A DNA stretch of 64,000 nucleotides, from assembly GCA_963843575.1 (NCBI GenBank), contig CAWJKZ010000024.1, positions 181,313-245,312 on the forward strand, given 5' to 3'. The notes beneath the pieces were generated by a model that saw only the letters and a list, made by a program, of their open reading frames with translations, did not search any database and was not told the DNA's origin. Origin of the DNA: an uncultured Acidobacteriota bacterium (GTDB lineage: Bacteria > Acidobacteriota > UBA6911). Position numbers and translations under genes: made by a program. Below are positions 30,971 through 41,230 of this stretch, one piece after another (positions within the stretch are counted from its first letter, which is position 1; each line of letters opens with the position of its first letter).

Positions 30971-33031
30971 ATGTTCCAGGTCGAATGCCCTAAATGTCAG
31001 GAGAAAAGCAAGTCCGGTTCGCGTTATTGCGGCAACTGCGGCGAACGCCTGCCGGGGTCGGAGATCAAGTGCGGCAACTGCGGTGCCGTCGTCGCGGGCG
31101 ACAGGAAGTTCTGCGGGAACTGCGGCAAGCCCCTGGCCGAGAGCGAATCCCCGCTGCTGACCGGCAACCGCTGGGCGCGGCGCACCGACGATTTCGCGAC
31201 CAAGGTCGAGATCGACGACGTCGAAGGCTTCTTCAAGAAAGGGTTGATCGTCGAGGCGGGCACCAGGGCCATCTTCTTCGTCAACGGCGCGTACTCCGGC
31301 ATCCTCGATCCCGGCAAATACGACATGGGCGGACTGCTTCAGCGCATCAAGAACGTCTTCAGCTCGAAGACGACCACCGCGGTCCTCGTCGATGCGGGAG
31401 ACGCCGAACTCCAGTTCTCGCTCACCGACCTTCCGACGAAAGATCCTATCCGCCTTGCCGCCGAGTGCAGGATCGTCGTCCAGATGGACAACCCCACCCA
31501 GTTTTTCGAAAACATGATGAAGGGCCGGCAGAACTATCCGCTCTCGCAGCTGAAGGGCTTCCTCGAGGAGGAACTGCGCAACTGCCTGCTCGAGTTCGTC
31601 GGCGCCAGGTCCGTCCAGGAACTGTCGACCAACCTCGCATTCAAGCAGCAGATGGAGCAGGGGATCGCGCAGCACCTCGCCAGGACGTTCGACCGGAAGG
31701 GGCTGTCGTTCATCCAGGCGCGCGTCTTCAACTTCCGGCACCCGCGCATGAACGCGCTGACCAGCAAGATGGAGGAGTACTGGTTGAACGCCGAGGATCT
31801 CAAGGCCCGGCTGGCCGGACAGGACTCCACGGTGGGGCTGGAGCGGCGTCTGCTCGACCAGGAGACCGCCAAGGCGATCATGCAGCTCGAAGTCTACGAA
31901 GACCGGGCGCGGGTGCGCGACCGGATGCGCAAGGCGGTCGCGAGCGATCAGATGAACGAGATCACCAGCGCGGCCGAGATGGAGAAATTCCTCCAGGGGA
32001 TGGACAAGGAAAAGCTCCTGCGCGCCGACGAGATGCGTGACCTCGCCCAGACCTTCGCCGAGAAGGGCGAAGATCACGACGTCGCCCGCCGTCACGTGAT
32101 CCAACGGCTGAGGGTCGAGCAGGAGATGGACCTCGCCCGGGCGGCGCTCGTGGGCAAGATCGGACTGCAGCGCACGGCCACCGATTCCATCAGGGCCGAG
32201 GAGATGGCCCAGCTCGAGCACGAGCTCGTGGCGCAGCGCAAGGAAGTCGAACAGCGGCAGGCGCAGGAATGGGCGCTCGTCAAACAGCAGGTGGAGGCGC
32301 GGCGCCTGCAGACCGAGATGGACCTCGACCTGGACAGGCAGAGGAAGCTCTCCGATATCGAACTCGAGGAGAAAGGGGACCAGGCGGACGTGCGCAGCGC
32401 CCTGGATGCCTTGAGAATCGTCAAAGAGCAGAAGGCCATGCGGAAGGAAGAAGCCGACGCCGACCTGGAGCGCCGGTTGAAAGAGGAGGCGGTGCGGCAC
32501 CAGCAGGAGCTCGAGAGGGTCGACAAGCTCTCGACGCTTTCCACCGAGGCGCTGATCGCGCTCGGGCCCGCGGACCGGGCGCCTATTCTCGCAGAACTGC
32601 AGCGGTCGGAAAAGCTGAAGGGTTATTCGGCGGACCAGATCCTGGCGATGGCGGCCGAGAAAAACCCGGAGGTGGCGAAGGCATTCCAGGAGAAGTACCG
32701 GAACGCTTCGGCCGCAGACGTCGAGAAGGCCTACGAGCGGATGCTGGGGATGAAGGAGAGGAGCGAAACCGACTTCCACGCGTTCGCGGACAAGGCCATG
32801 CAGAGGATGCAGGAGATGTACAACCGCGGCATGGACACGCAGCGCGACACGAGCATGGCGGCGGCCCGGTCGGGCCAGCCCGAGACGACCGTGATCACGC
32901 CCGGCTCCGGAGTCCTCCAGAGCAGCGGCGGGCAGCCCGTCCGCGAGGTGCGGGTGATGGTCTGCCCCGAGTGTCACCAGAAGGTCGCCGAAGGGAACAA
33001 GTTCTGCGACAACTGCGGTCACAAGTTCTGA
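30971..33031 (+). CDS. Zinc-ribbon protein with a flotillin-like SPFH domain, an extended coiled coil, and a C-terminal zinc ribbon
   Basis: N-terminal CPKC...CGNCG, CGNCG and CGNCGKP ribbons. SPFH-like core (GTRAIFFVNGAYSGILDPGKYDMGG...LAAECRIVVQMDNPTQFFENMM). A coiled coil of about 330 aa rich in E/R/K/Q follows, then a C-terminal CPECHQK...CDNCGHKF ribbon. Intact. Confidence 0.6.
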   Translation: MFQVECPKCQEKSKSGSRYCGNCGERLPGSEIKCGNCGAVVAGDRKFCGNCGKPLAESESPLLTGNRWARRTDDFATKVEIDDVEGFFKKGLIVEAGTRAIFFVNGAYSGILDPGKYDMGGLLQRIKNVFSSKTTTAVLVDAGDAELQFSLTDLPTKDPIRLAAECRIVVQMDNPTQFFENMMKGRQNYPLSQLKGFLEEELRNCLLEFVGARSVQELSTNLAFKQQMEQGIAQHLARTFDRKGLSFIQARVFNFRHPRMNALTSKMEEYWLNAEDLKARLAGQDSTVGLERRLLDQETAKAIMQLEVYEDRARVRDRMRKAVASDQMNEITSAAEMEKFLQGMDKEKLLRADEMRDLAQTFAEKGEDHDVARRHVIQRLRVEQEMDLARAALVGKIGLQRTATDSIRAEEMAQLEHELVAQRKEVEQRQAQEWALVKQQVEARRLQTEMDLDLDRQRKLSDIELEEKGDQADVRSALDALRIVKEQKAMRKEEADADLERRLKEEAVRHQQELERVDKLSTLSTEALIALGPADRAPILAELQRSEKLKGYSADQILAMAAEKNPEVAKAFQEKYRNASAADVEKAYERMLGMKERSETDFHAFADKAMQRMQEMYNRGMDTQRDTSMAAARSGQPETTVITPGSGVLQSSGGQPVREVRVMVCPECHQKVAEGNKFCDNCGHKF

Positions 33032-33038
33032 GCGGAAA

Positions 33039-33063
33039 GCGGCGCCGAGGCGCCGCACTCCAT
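33039..33063. repeat. Half-copy of the REP-like element (GCGGCGCCGAGGCGCCGCACTCCA) 3' of the flotillin-like gene
   Basis: Carries the CGCCGCACTCC arm preceded by the GGCGCC-GA-GGCGCC palindrome. Confidence 0.5.
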
Positions 33064-33074
33064 AGGGGGCAGCC

Positions 33075-34439
33075 ATGGCTAGTTGGGTGTGTGGGAAGTG
33101 CAATACCGAGAATCGGGCCGAGGGGAACTTCTGCACGTCGTGCGGCGCGTCGCGTCGCGCTCAGGCGCCCCCCGCCCCGGCCGGCGCAGCGGACCAGGCG
33201 TCGAGCATCCTGGACAAGATCCGCGAGTCGCGGGCAAGCTCGTTCAAACACAGCCGGGCCTCGCTCGACCGTTTCTCGTCGGAGGTGGGGAAGCTCCCGG
33301 AGCTGGAGCTGGGGTTGCCCGACATCGGGCAGCTGCTCAAAACCGGGACGCCCGGCGCGGCGGGTGCTTCGGCAGGTGCGTCGCGCGCTCCTGCGATCGC
33401 CCGGGTCACGACCCGCGACCTGCAGGTGAAACACAATGCCCACCCGCGCCTGAACTACGCGATGGCGCACTGCGGGCTGCCGCTGATCCCGACGCTGGAG
33501 ATCCGCAACAACGCGCGCGAGCCGGCGCAGGACGTATTGGTCAAGGCGTGGGTCGCGACCGACTACGGCGAACCGTGGCAGAAGACCATCCCATCGATTG
33601 CGCCTGGGGAGGCGTACGTCGAGAAGGACATCTTCGTGCCGCTGCAGAAATCCCGGCTGCAGCAGGTCCGGGAGGCGGAACGGGCCAACCTCAGGATCGA
33701 CGTTTTCACCGAGGGCGAGGTGCAGGTGTCGGAGACCTTCCCGCTCGATGTGCTCGCGTACAACGAGTGGTACTACAGCGCGTACTTCCCTCAGACGGTC
33801 GCGAGCTTCATTCAGCCCAATTCGCCGGCCATCGAAAGGATCGTCTCGCTGGTGCGCGACCGCCTGAAGCGCGAGTACCGCGACACCGCGCTGGACGGCT
33901 ATCAGTCCGACGACCCGAAAAAGATCCTGGAACGCCTCGAGGCGTTCTTCCTCGTCCTGCAGAAGGACCTGCAGATCACCTACATCAACCCGCCGCCCAG
34001 CTTCGAAGGGGCCGAAACCCTCCCCGACGGCACCATGACGGTGTCGCAGAAGGTTTTTTTCCCCGAGCAGATCCTGGAGCACCGCCGCGGCACGTGCCTC
34101 GACCTGGCCCTCATGTGCGCCGCGTGCGTCGAACGTATGGGGCTGCACCCATTGTGGTTCATGATCCGCGGGCACGCGTTCTTCGGGACGTGGCTGTACC
34201 AGAAGGCGCTCAAAGAGCCGGTCGTCACCGAACACGCGTTCGTGCAGAAACTGCTGACCGAGGGACTGTGGCTGCCGCTGAACTCGACGACCTTCGCGCT
34301 CTCCCGCCCGATGCAATTCACGGACTGCGTCGCGGAGGCAACTTACTGTCTCAAGGATCCGGCACCGTTCATCTGCGCCGTCGACGTGCAGTCGGCACGG
34401 ATGGGCGGCATCAAACCTATCCCCCCGGTGGTGGGATAG
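33075..34439 (+). CDS. Zinc-ribbon protein with a C-terminal transglutaminase-like cysteine protease domain
   Basis: N-terminal CGKC...CTSCG ribbon. C-terminal transglutaminase-like core segment HRRGTCLDLALMCAACVERMGLHPLWFMIRGHAFFGTW, whose Cys/His are the putative catalytic residues. Intact. Confidence 0.55.
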   Translation: MASWVCGKCNTENRAEGNFCTSCGASRRAQAPPAPAGAADQASSILDKIRESRASSFKHSRASLDRFSSEVGKLPELELGLPDIGQLLKTGTPGAAGASAGASRAPAIARVTTRDLQVKHNAHPRLNYAMAHCGLPLIPTLEIRNNAREPAQDVLVKAWVATDYGEPWQKTIPSIAPGEAYVEKDIFVPLQKSRLQQVREAERANLRIDVFTEGEVQVSETFPLDVLAYNEWYYSAYFPQTVASFIQPNSPAIERIVSLVRDRLKREYRDTALDGYQSDDPKKILERLEAFFLVLQKDLQITYINPPPSFEGAETLPDGTMTVSQKVFFPEQILEHRRGTCLDLALMCAACVERMGLHPLWFMIRGHAFFGTWLYQKALKEPVVTEHAFVQKLLTEGLWLPLNSTTFALSRPMQFTDCVAEATYCLKDPAPFICAVDVQSARMGGIKPIPPVVG

Positions 34440-34476
34440 GCAAGTACCGCAGGCTTTTCGATTGAGGTGAGCTGTC

Positions 34477-36132
34477 ATGACCGAGACGACTCGCTATTGC
34501 CCGAATTGCGGAGAACCGTGCGGCTCCGAAGACCGCTTCTGCATGACCTGCAGGACAGAGTTGCGCGCCACAACAAATCCCCGTCCGGTGACCGTTTCCG
34601 GCACCGGGACTCCCTCCGGCACGGGCCATGCGGCCCGGTCGCCGATGGCCGACCCGCTCGGCGCGGCCCAGACCGAACTGGGGCTGCCGCTGAACACGGT
34701 CCTGCTCAACCGTTACCGCATCTCCAAGATGCTGGGCGCCGGCGGCATGGGTTGCGTCTACATGGCCGAGGATGAAAAACTCGGGATCCCCGTCGCCATC
34801 AAGGTTCTGCGCGACGTGCTCAGGCAGGATCCCGGGTCGGTGAGGCGACTGATCACCGAGGCGAAGGCCTCCATCCTGCTGTCGCACCCGAACATCGTCC
34901 GGCTGCACAATTTCGAGGACGCCGAGACGACGAAGTTCCTCGTCATGGAATTCGTCCAGGGCGAGACGCTGGCCGACAAGATCGCCCGGGAGGGAAAACT
35001 CGCGGAGGACGTCGTCAGGCGCATCGCCGTCGAGGTCTGCAAAGGGCTGGAGCACGCTCATTCCAAGAGGGTGATTCACCGCGACATGAAACCCGGGAAC
35101 ATCCTCCTCGGCAAGGACGGCTCGGTGAAGGTCGCAGATTTCGGCATTGCGCGGCTGTGCCGCGACTCGGTGTCGCGCCTGACGTCGCAGCACGACTCGG
35201 GGACGCTGATCTACATGTCCCCGGAGCAGCTCGACGGCGACAGCGGGGAATCGACCGACCTGTACTCGCTCGGGGCGGTGCTCTACGAGATGTTGTCCGG
35301 GGACCCGCCATTCGTTACGGGGGAAATCACGGCCCAGATCCGTCACAAGGTGCCGAAGGAGATACCCGGGGTCTCGGCGGAGATGAATCGGATCGTCCTG
35401 AAGTGCCTGGAGAAGAAGCCGGAGAACCGGTTCGCCGGGTTGGCCCGGTTGCGCGAGACGTTGGAGGGCAAGGCCACGCAGACCGTCGGGACGCAGCCGG
35501 TCGGGCCGCCACCAGCGCAGCCGCCGGTCACGCCAACGGTGCGGCCCACCGAGCCGGTGGTTGCCCCACCTCCTCCGCCGCAACCACAGCTACCCCGGCC
35601 GAAGAAGTCGCGGTTGACGTTGTCCGTGGTATTGGGGGGCGCCGCGCTCCTCCTGGCCCTGATGGTGTACCTGTCGATCTTCGGAGCGTATCACGGCTCG
35701 GAAATCGGCGGAGGGGGAGGAGGAGGGAGCGGCGACGACGGCGGCTCCGTGCCACCCCCGCCCCGCATCGACATCTCGGGAGACTGGGGTTACACGGTCA
35801 CGTCACCCGACGGCAGGTCTGTCCGCGGCCAGCTGCAGATCGCCGACAAGGGAGGCGAGGTGCGGCTCTATGCCGAGGCCGCGTACTCGATGATGTGGAC
35901 CGACGGGCGCTTCCACCAGTTCATCGAGCGCAGCAACTGGGCCGGCCAGCTTGTCGACCGCAACCTGCAGGCGCAGACCGTTCAGGGGACCGTGCTGATG
36001 GACGGGGTGCCGGTCCCCCCGATCGGGTTGCCCTGGAGTTTGAACCTCTCGGTCTCCCCCGGCGAACGCTACATGCAGGGGACCGTAGGGAACGCGATCG
36101 GCGGGGTCGCCAGCCTGTCCGCGCAGCGGTGA
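34477..36132 (+). CDS. Hanks-type Ser/Thr protein kinase with an N-terminal zinc ribbon, a TM helix and an extracytoplasmic C-terminal domain
   Basis: CPNCGEP...CMTCRTEL ribbon. Kinase subdomains GAGGMGCVY, AIKVL, HRDMKPGNILL, DFGIA and SPEQ. TM helix LTLSVVLGGAALLLALMVYLSIF, then a C-terminal domain of about 140 aa. Intact. Confidence 0.85.
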   Translation: MTETTRYCPNCGEPCGSEDRFCMTCRTELRATTNPRPVTVSGTGTPSGTGHAARSPMADPLGAAQTELGLPLNTVLLNRYRISKMLGAGGMGCVYMAEDEKLGIPVAIKVLRDVLRQDPGSVRRLITEAKASILLSHPNIVRLHNFEDAETTKFLVMEFVQGETLADKIAREGKLAEDVVRRIAVEVCKGLEHAHSKRVIHRDMKPGNILLGKDGSVKVADFGIARLCRDSVSRLTSQHDSGTLIYMSPEQLDGDSGESTDLYSLGAVLYEMLSGDPPFVTGEITAQIRHKVPKEIPGVSAEMNRIVLKCLEKKPENRFAGLARLRETLEGKATQTVGTQPVGPPPAQPPVTPTVRPTEPVVAPPPPPQPQLPRPKKSRLTLSVVLGGAALLLALMVYLSIFGAYHGSEIGGGGGGGSGDDGGSVPPPPRIDISGDWGYTVTSPDGRSVRGQLQIADKGGEVRLYAEAAYSMMWTDGRFHQFIERSNWAGQLVDRNLQAQTVQGTVLMDGVPVPPIGLPWSLNLSVSPGERYMQGTVGNAIGGVASLSAQR

Positions 36133-36135
36133 TGT

Positions 36136-36194
36136 GGAGTGCGGCGCCTCGTCGCCGGCCGTATGGAGTGCGGCGCCTGGGCGCCGACGCCTCT
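36136..36194. repeat. Two tandem REP-like arms (TGGAGTGCGGCGCC... twice) 3' of the kinase gene
   Basis: TGGAGTGCGGCGCCTCGTCGCCGGCCG followed by TATGGAGTGCGGCGCCTGGGCGCCGACGCC, 4 nt after the kinase stop. Confidence 0.6.
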
Positions 36195-36377
36195 GGCTAG
36201 GTTCGGCACAGGAAGGCAGGCGGCGCCGAGGCGCCGCCGGGGAAAGTGGCGCCGGCCGTGGCCGCGGCCGGCGCCCGAAGCGAGCGGAGGAGAGCGGCGG
36301 CATGTTCGGCAGGGACTGACGCCCGCCAAATCCCTTGCCGGCCGCGCGCCGACGCTCCACTCACCCCATCCCAAAAT

Positions 36378-39300
36378 CTAACGATCGAATATCTCCTGGA
36401 GCTCCTTTACCTCGTGGTTGTTCTGCTTCTTCAGCTCGAAATGCCATTTCCAGACCTCGTAGATCGCCGGATAGACCAGCAGCTCGAGCAGGAAGGAGGT
36501 GAAGACGCCGCCGATGAGGGGAGCGCCGATGCGCTTCATCACATCCGAGCCCGTGCCTGTGGCCCACAGGATCGGCACCAGGCCGATGAAGTCGGTGGCC
36601 ACGGTCATGAACTTCGGGCGGATGCGCTTGACGGCGCCGTGCACGATGGCCTCGCGCAAGCCCGGCCAGCGTTCCCAGGCGGCCCTCCTTCTTCGCCTGT
36701 TCGTAGGCGAGGTCGAGGTACAGCAGCATGAAGACGCCGGTCTCGGCGTCCACGCCCAGCAGCGCGATCAGCCCGACCCACACCCCGATGCTCATGTTGT
36801 AGCCGAGCAGGTACAGGAACCAGATCGCGCCGATGGCCGAAAACGGCACCGCCAGCACCACGATCAGGGTCTTGACGACGGAGCGGGTGTTGAGATAGAG
36901 CAGCAGCAGGATGAGGAAGGCCGGTGACGGGCAGCACCAGCCAGCAGGCGGTTGTTGACGCGTTCCATGGCCTCGTACTGGCCGCTCCAGGTGATGGCGA
37001 AGCCGGGAGGCAGGCTCACCTTGCCGCGGACAACTTCCTGGGCCTCGCGCACGTAGCTGCCGGGATCGCGGCCGGCCAGGTCCACGTAGACGTAGCCGGT
37101 GAGCAGCCCGTCCTCGTCGCGGATCATGCCGGGCCCCGACGCGGGCTTGATCTCGGCCAGTTCCGAGAGCGGGATCTGCGGCTTTCGCCGGCCGGGACGA
37201 GCACGCGCCCGAGGCGATTCCAGATCGGAGCGGAAATCGCGCATGTAGCGGACGTTGACCGGGTAGCGCGCGCGTCCCTCGACGGTGGTGGTGATGTTCT
37301 CGCCGCCGATGGCGTTCTGCACCGCCGCCTGCGCCTCTTCGATGGTCAGCCCGTAGCGCGCCAGGGCGTCGCGGTTCCATTCGAAATCGAGGAAATAGCC
37401 TTCGGCGGTCCGCTCGGAGAAGACGCTGCGGGTTCCCCGTACCGAGGGCAGCACCGCCTCGACCTGCGCGCCGATTTCCTGGATGGTCTCCAGGTCGTCG
37501 CCGTGGATCTTCAGGCCGACCGGGGTGCGCATGCCGGTGCTCAGCATGTCGATGCGGGCCTTGATGGGCATGGTCCAGGCGTTGGAGACTCCGGGGAGCT
37601 TCACGGCGGCGTTCAGCTGATCGACGAGCTGCTCGGGCGACATGGTGTCGGGCGTGAAGTGCCGGAAGAGCGGCTTGAGCCACTCCGGCGACCACGAGGA
37701 ATACCAGGTCGGCACCTTGCGCCACTCGGAGCGCGGCTTGAGGGTGATGACCGTCTCGAGCATCGACAGCGGCGCCGGATCGGTGGAGGTTTCGGCGCGG
37801 CCGGCCTTGCCCAGCACGCGGTCCACTTCCGGGAAGGTCTTGATGAGCCGGTCGGTGACCTGGAGGACGCGCTGGGCCTCGCCGATGGAGATGCCCGGCA
37901 TGGTCGAGGGCATGTAGAACAGCGCCTCTTCGTACAGCGGCGGCATGAACTCGGAGCCGAGCGAGAAGAACACCGGGATGGTGACCGCGAACAGGACGAC
38001 CGGCGCCGCGATCACGGCCCACTTGTGGCGCAGGGACCAGCGGCAGGCCGGCTCGTAGAGCCGGATGAGGACCCGGCTGACGGGGTGGTGGTCCTCGGAG
38101 TGGATGCGCCCGACGAACACGGCGTTGGCCGCCCTGGCCAGCCAGCGCGGCCGGAAGCTGAAGTTGCGCAGGTGAGTGAAGGTGAGCCGCAGCGCCGGGT
38201 CGAGCGTGATGGCCAGCACGGCGGCCACGATCATCCCGAGGGTCTTGGTGTAGGCCAGCGGCTTGAACAGCCGCCCTTCCTGCGCTTCCAGGGCGAACAC
38301 GGGGATGAAGGAGACGGCGATCACCAGCAGGGCGAAGAAGCTCGTGCCGCCGACCTCCTTGACCGCCGCGATCACGACTTCCTTGTAGTCGCCGCGGCGC
38401 CCGGAGGCCTCCCAGGCCTCCAGCTTCTTGTGCGCCTGCTCCACCACCACGATGGAGGCGTCCACCATGGCGCCGATGGCGATGGCGATGCCGCCGAGCG
38501 ACATGATGTTGGCGGTGATGCCCATGGCGCGGAACGGGATGAAGGCGATCAGCACCGCGATCGGGATGGTGATCATCGGGATGAGCGCGCTGGGGATGTG
38601 CCACAGGAACAGCAGCACGATCAGCGACACGGTGATGATCACCTCGATGACGGTGGACTTCAGGGTGTCGATGGAGTGGTGGATCAGCTGCGGAGCGGTC
38701 GTAGATGGGGACGATCTTGACGCCGGCGGGAAGGCCGGGCTCGATCTGGCGGATCTTCTCCTTGACCCGGTCGATGACGTCGAGCGCGTTCTCGCCCTGG
38801 CGCATGACGATGATGCCGGAGACGGCTTCGCCGGTGCCGTCGAGGTCGGAGACGCCGCGCCGCATGTCGGGCCCGAGGGTCACCTGCCCGATGTCTTTCA
38901 CGCGGATCGGGGTGCCGTTTTCGCTGGCGGAGACGACGACGCTCTCGATGTCGGCGACGGACCGGGCGTAGCCGCGGCCGCGGACCATGTACTCGGCGCC
39001 GCCCAGCTCGATCATGCGGCCGCCGGTTTCGCTGTTGCTGCCGCGGATGGCGTCGACGACCTTGTTGATGGGGATGTTGTAGGCCTGGAGCCGGTTCGGG
39101 TCGACGTTGACCTGGTACTGCTTGCCGAAGCCGCCGATGGGCGCGACTTCGGCGACGCCGGGGACGGACTTGAGGTGGTAGCGCAGGTACCAGTCCTGGA
39201 GCGAGCGCAGGTCGGCCAGGCTGTGCTTGCCCGACTTGTCCTCGAGCACGTACTGGTAGATCCAGCCGAGGCCGGTGGCGTCGGGGCCGAGTTCGGTCTT

Positions 39301-39672
39301 GGACCCTGCCGGCAGGGACTGCAGGACGCCGGAGAGGTACTCGAGCGTGCGGGTGCGCGCCCAGTAGATGTCGGTGCCGTCTTCGAAGATGACGTAGACG
39401 AAGGAGTAGCCGAAGTCGGAGAAGCCGCGGACGGCCTTGACCTTGGGCGCGCCGAGCATGGCGGTGACGATCGGGTAGGTGACCTGGTCCTCGACGATGT
39501 CGGGGCTGCGGTCCCAGCGGGAGTAGACGATGACCTGGGTGTCGCTGAGGTCGGGGATGGCGTCGAGCGCGACGTTGTTCATCGACCACCAGCCGTAGAT
39601 GGCGGCTACGGCTACGAGGGTGAGGACGATGAGCCGGTTGCGCGCGGAGAAATCGATGATGCGCGAAATCAT
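36378..39672 (-). CDS. cusA: Heavy-metal efflux RND pump CusA/CzcA family (several frameshifts)
   Basis: The N-terminal 330 aa (MISRIIDFSARNRLIVLTLVAVAA...DRSPDIVEDQVTYPIVTAMLGAPKVKAVRGFSDFGYSFVYVIFEDGTDIYWAR) are continuous. The middle 592-aa fragment (36864-38642) and the C-terminal fragment (36378-36659, ...GAPLIGGVFTSFLLELLVYPAIY) are both HME-RND like. Confidence 0.85.
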
Positions 39673-41150
39673 TCAGACGTGTGCGCCATCCCGTTCATGT
39701 CCGGAGCCGCCATCTTCTTCTGGACATATTTCCCGGGATTCGCTTCAAAGCTCTTCTTGCACAGCTCGGAGCAGAAGTAGTAGGTCTCGCCTTCGTACTG
39801 GGTCTTGAAGACGTCCGGCGACTTCGGATCGACATCCATGCCGCAGACGAGGTCCTTTACGGTCTTCGGCTTCTCGCGTCGTCGCAGCAGCCGATGTCGC
39901 TCGGCGAGCTTCATGCGGCTTTCGGAATCGATCAGGAAGTTGCCGGAGACGACGATGCGCTCGCCCGGCTCGAGGCCGCTGCGTGATCTGGACGCGATCG
40001 CCGAGCCGCCACCCGGTTTCGACCAGCCGGGGTTCGAAGACCCCGTTCCCGCGTTCGACGTAGACGGTCTTCCTGCGGCCCGAGTCGATCACGGCCTCGG
40101 CCGGCACCGTGATGGCCGCCGGCGTGTCCACCTGAGCTCGACATCCACGAACATGTCGGGCAACAGAACATTACCGGGATTGTCGAGTTCGAAGCGGGTT
40201 TTCAGGGTGCGCGTCTGCGGATCCAGCTGCGGCAGTGCGTCGCTCAGGCGCGCCTGAAATTCGCGGCCCTGGTACCGGACCGTGGCCATGGCGCCCGGCT
40301 TCACGAACTCGCGGTCTTTCTCGAAGATGTCCGTCATCACCCAGACGTGGCCGATGTCGGCGATGCGATAGAACTCCGTGCCCTTGTCGAACCGCTGGGT
40401 CGGCGAGATGTTCCGCGTCAGCACGAAACCGGAGACCGGCGAGTAGATGTTGATCTGGGGCGAGGCCACGCGCGTCCGGTGGATTTCCTCGATCTGCAGG
40501 TCGCTCATGCCCAGGCCGCGCAGCGAGTCGATCGGGAACATCGGGTTCGCGCTCCCGGACGTCCTTATGGACGCCTGGGTGAAATCAGTCGTCTGCTTCG
40601 GCAGCGGGTCCTTCGAGGGGATGCTCAGCAGGAACAGCCGCTCTGTATACAGGAGGTCCTTCTGGTAGTAGGACGCGAGGAACTGGTTCTTCTTGACGAA
40701 GCGGCCGACGGTGTTCTGGCCGAGATCGACGATCCAGCCATCCGCCGCCGCAACGATGCGGTAAAGCCGCTGGTCGTCCACGGCTATGCGGCCCGGCACT
40801 CGCAGCATGTTGGAGGACGAATCGAGACGGACCTCGTCCGTGCGGACGCCGATCAGCTGTTGCCTTGCGGCGCCGATCTGAACCATCCCCGGAGTGTCGG
40901 GACTGTCCGGATTGGGCTTGTGGTCCGGTTTCGCCGGCATCCGCCGGTTCCAGGCGCATGCCGCAGATGGGGCAGTCCCCGGCGTCGGTCGGATCTGTAT
41001 TGGGGATGCATGGGGCAGGTGTAAGCGACAGCCTGCTCACGCGAAGCTGAAGACAGTGGCGGGATCTTCTTGCCGGTTGGCCAAATATCCGGCAAAAAAG
41101 ATGCCGATCGCCACGAAGAGAGCGGTCATAAATCTTGCGGGCGTCGTCAT
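39669..41150 (-). CDS. cusB: RND membrane-fusion (periplasmic adaptor) protein CusB/CzcB family, with an N-terminal CPMHP metal site and a C-terminal YHS/TRASH-like domain (frameshifted)
   Basis: RBS GGAGA precedes the ATG at 41150. N-terminal TM segment, then YTCPMHPQ. An MFP barrel/lipoyl body lies in 40089-40940. C-terminal CGMDVDPKSPDVFKTQYEGETYYFCSELCKKSFEANP. Overlaps the cusA start by 4 nt. Confidence 0.75.
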
Positions 41151-41230
41151 ATCTCCTCTCGGTAGAAGAAGTCAATTTAAGGAGGGGGGAGGGATTGCTC
41201 CCTCCCCTCGGACACTATCGAACACACCGG

